From: a virus
Taxonomy: Duplodnaviria; Caudoviricetes
Direction: 5' to 3' (one strand)
DNA length: 57,011 nucleotides
Virus record (IMG/VR): IMGVR_UViG_3300044984_002188
Location: 1 to 57,011 of that record
The notes beneath the pieces were generated by a model, which ran no database searches, was not told the origin of the DNA, and saw only the letters and a list, made by a program, of their open reading frames with translations. The translations under genes were made by a program, and so were the position numbers. Shown one piece after another: positions 56,398-57,011 of the stretch. Positions within the stretch are counted from its first letter, which is position 1; each line of letters opens with the position of its first letter.

Positions 56398-57009
56398 TTA
56401 TAGCACAGTTGCCATAGCAATTACAAACGCAGCATTTACACCACCGCCACCAGAAGATGCAATTGTAAGCGTATTACCTGCTGGAGTTATAGTAATATTT
56501 GTACCGGCTACAAAATTTACATTACCTGTGAGTCCATTGAATGTGATTACATAATCAGTTGGTATTGCACCAGTTGCACCAGTGTTTCCTTGTGGACCAG
56601 TACCACCAGTGTTACCAGTAGTTCCCTGAATACCTTGTGGACCAGTACCACCAGTGTTCCCAGTTACACCTTGAATACCTTGAGATCCAGTACCACCAGT
56701 ATTACCAGTTACACCTTGAATACCTTGTGGACCAGTACCACCAGTATTACCAGTTACACCTTGAATACCTTGTGGACCAGTACCACCAGTGTTCCCAGTT
56801 ACACCTTGAATACCTTGTGGACCAGTACCACCAGTATTACCAGTTACACCTTGAATACCTTGTGGACCAGTACCACCAGTGTTCCCAGTTACACCTTGAA
56901 TACCTTGTGGACCAGTACCACCAGTATTACCAGTTACACCTTGAATACCTTGTGGACCAGTACCACCAGTGTTCCCAGTTACACCTTGAATACCTTGTGG
57001 ACCAGTACC
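56398..57009 (-). CDS. Collagen-like tail fibre protein, 5'-truncated by the window end (not in ORF track)
   Basis: Open frame of [15 protein letters not shown] repeats, then TFNGLTGNV...[10 protein letters not shown]-stop. Confidence 0.85.
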   Translation of the reverse strand, partial: GTGPQGIQGVTGNTGGTGPQGIQGVTGNTGGTGPQGIQGVTGNTGGTGPQGIQGVTGNTGGTGPQGIQGVTGNTGGTGPQGIQGVTGNTGGTGPQGIQGVTGNTGGTGSQGIQGVTGNTGGTGPQGIQGTTGNTGGTGPQGNTGATGAIPTDYVITFNGLTGNVNFVAGTNITITPAGNTLTIASSGGGGVNAAFVIAMATVL

Positions 57010-57011
57010 AC
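56590..57011 (-). repeat. 45-nt coding tandem repeat, at least 9 copies
   Basis: ggaccagtaccaccagt(a/g)tt(a/c)ccagttacaccttgaataccttgt. Confidence 0.92.

Noticed and set aside
56590-57011. Possible CRISPR array (also 52335-52470)
   Set aside because: Units are contiguous with no unique spacers, are multiples of 9 nt and encode Gly-X-Y collagen
1-57011. Stop-codon reassignment
   Set aside because: Core genes are full length under the standard bacterial code and no suppressor tRNA is seen

Overview
A 57 kb segment of a large, AT-rich T4-like (myovirus-type) phage. The host is probably Gram-negative, and a VPSPG-type PEP-CTERM-like tail hints at Planctomycetota/Phycisphaerae (inference). Layout: (i) 1-860 is a largely non-coding region rich in promoter-like and repeated motifs; (ii) ~0.9-30 kb is an accessory region where + strand early-type small ORFs alternate with - strand late genes, many carrying a T4-like capsid-targeting N-terminus (MKxFKEFLxE); it includes a methyltransferase, nucleotidyltransferase, HNH nucleases, GroES, a metallophosphoesterase, an Rmf-like protein and RuvC-like and PD-(D/E)XK nucleases, with tRNAs Glu, Gln and Tyr; (iii) 30-40.5 kb holds tRNA-Asn and the replication/nucleotide block (nrdJ, thyX, primase, helicase, gp40-like, uvsX, DNA polymerase); (iv) an oppositely oriented lysis-like cassette, then dut and a sulfotransferase; (v) 43-57 kb is a modular tail-fibre/adhesin cluster that ends inside a collagen repeat. 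Main leads: sigma70-type promoters with a constant 16-bp spacer driving apparently leaderless mRNAs, plus an Rmf-like gene; an ~88-nt late-promoter-driven hairpin RNA next to tRNA-Asn; a set of putative capsid-packaged enzymes; and a very short u-spanin candidate. All calls come from reading motifs by eye; no database searches were run.
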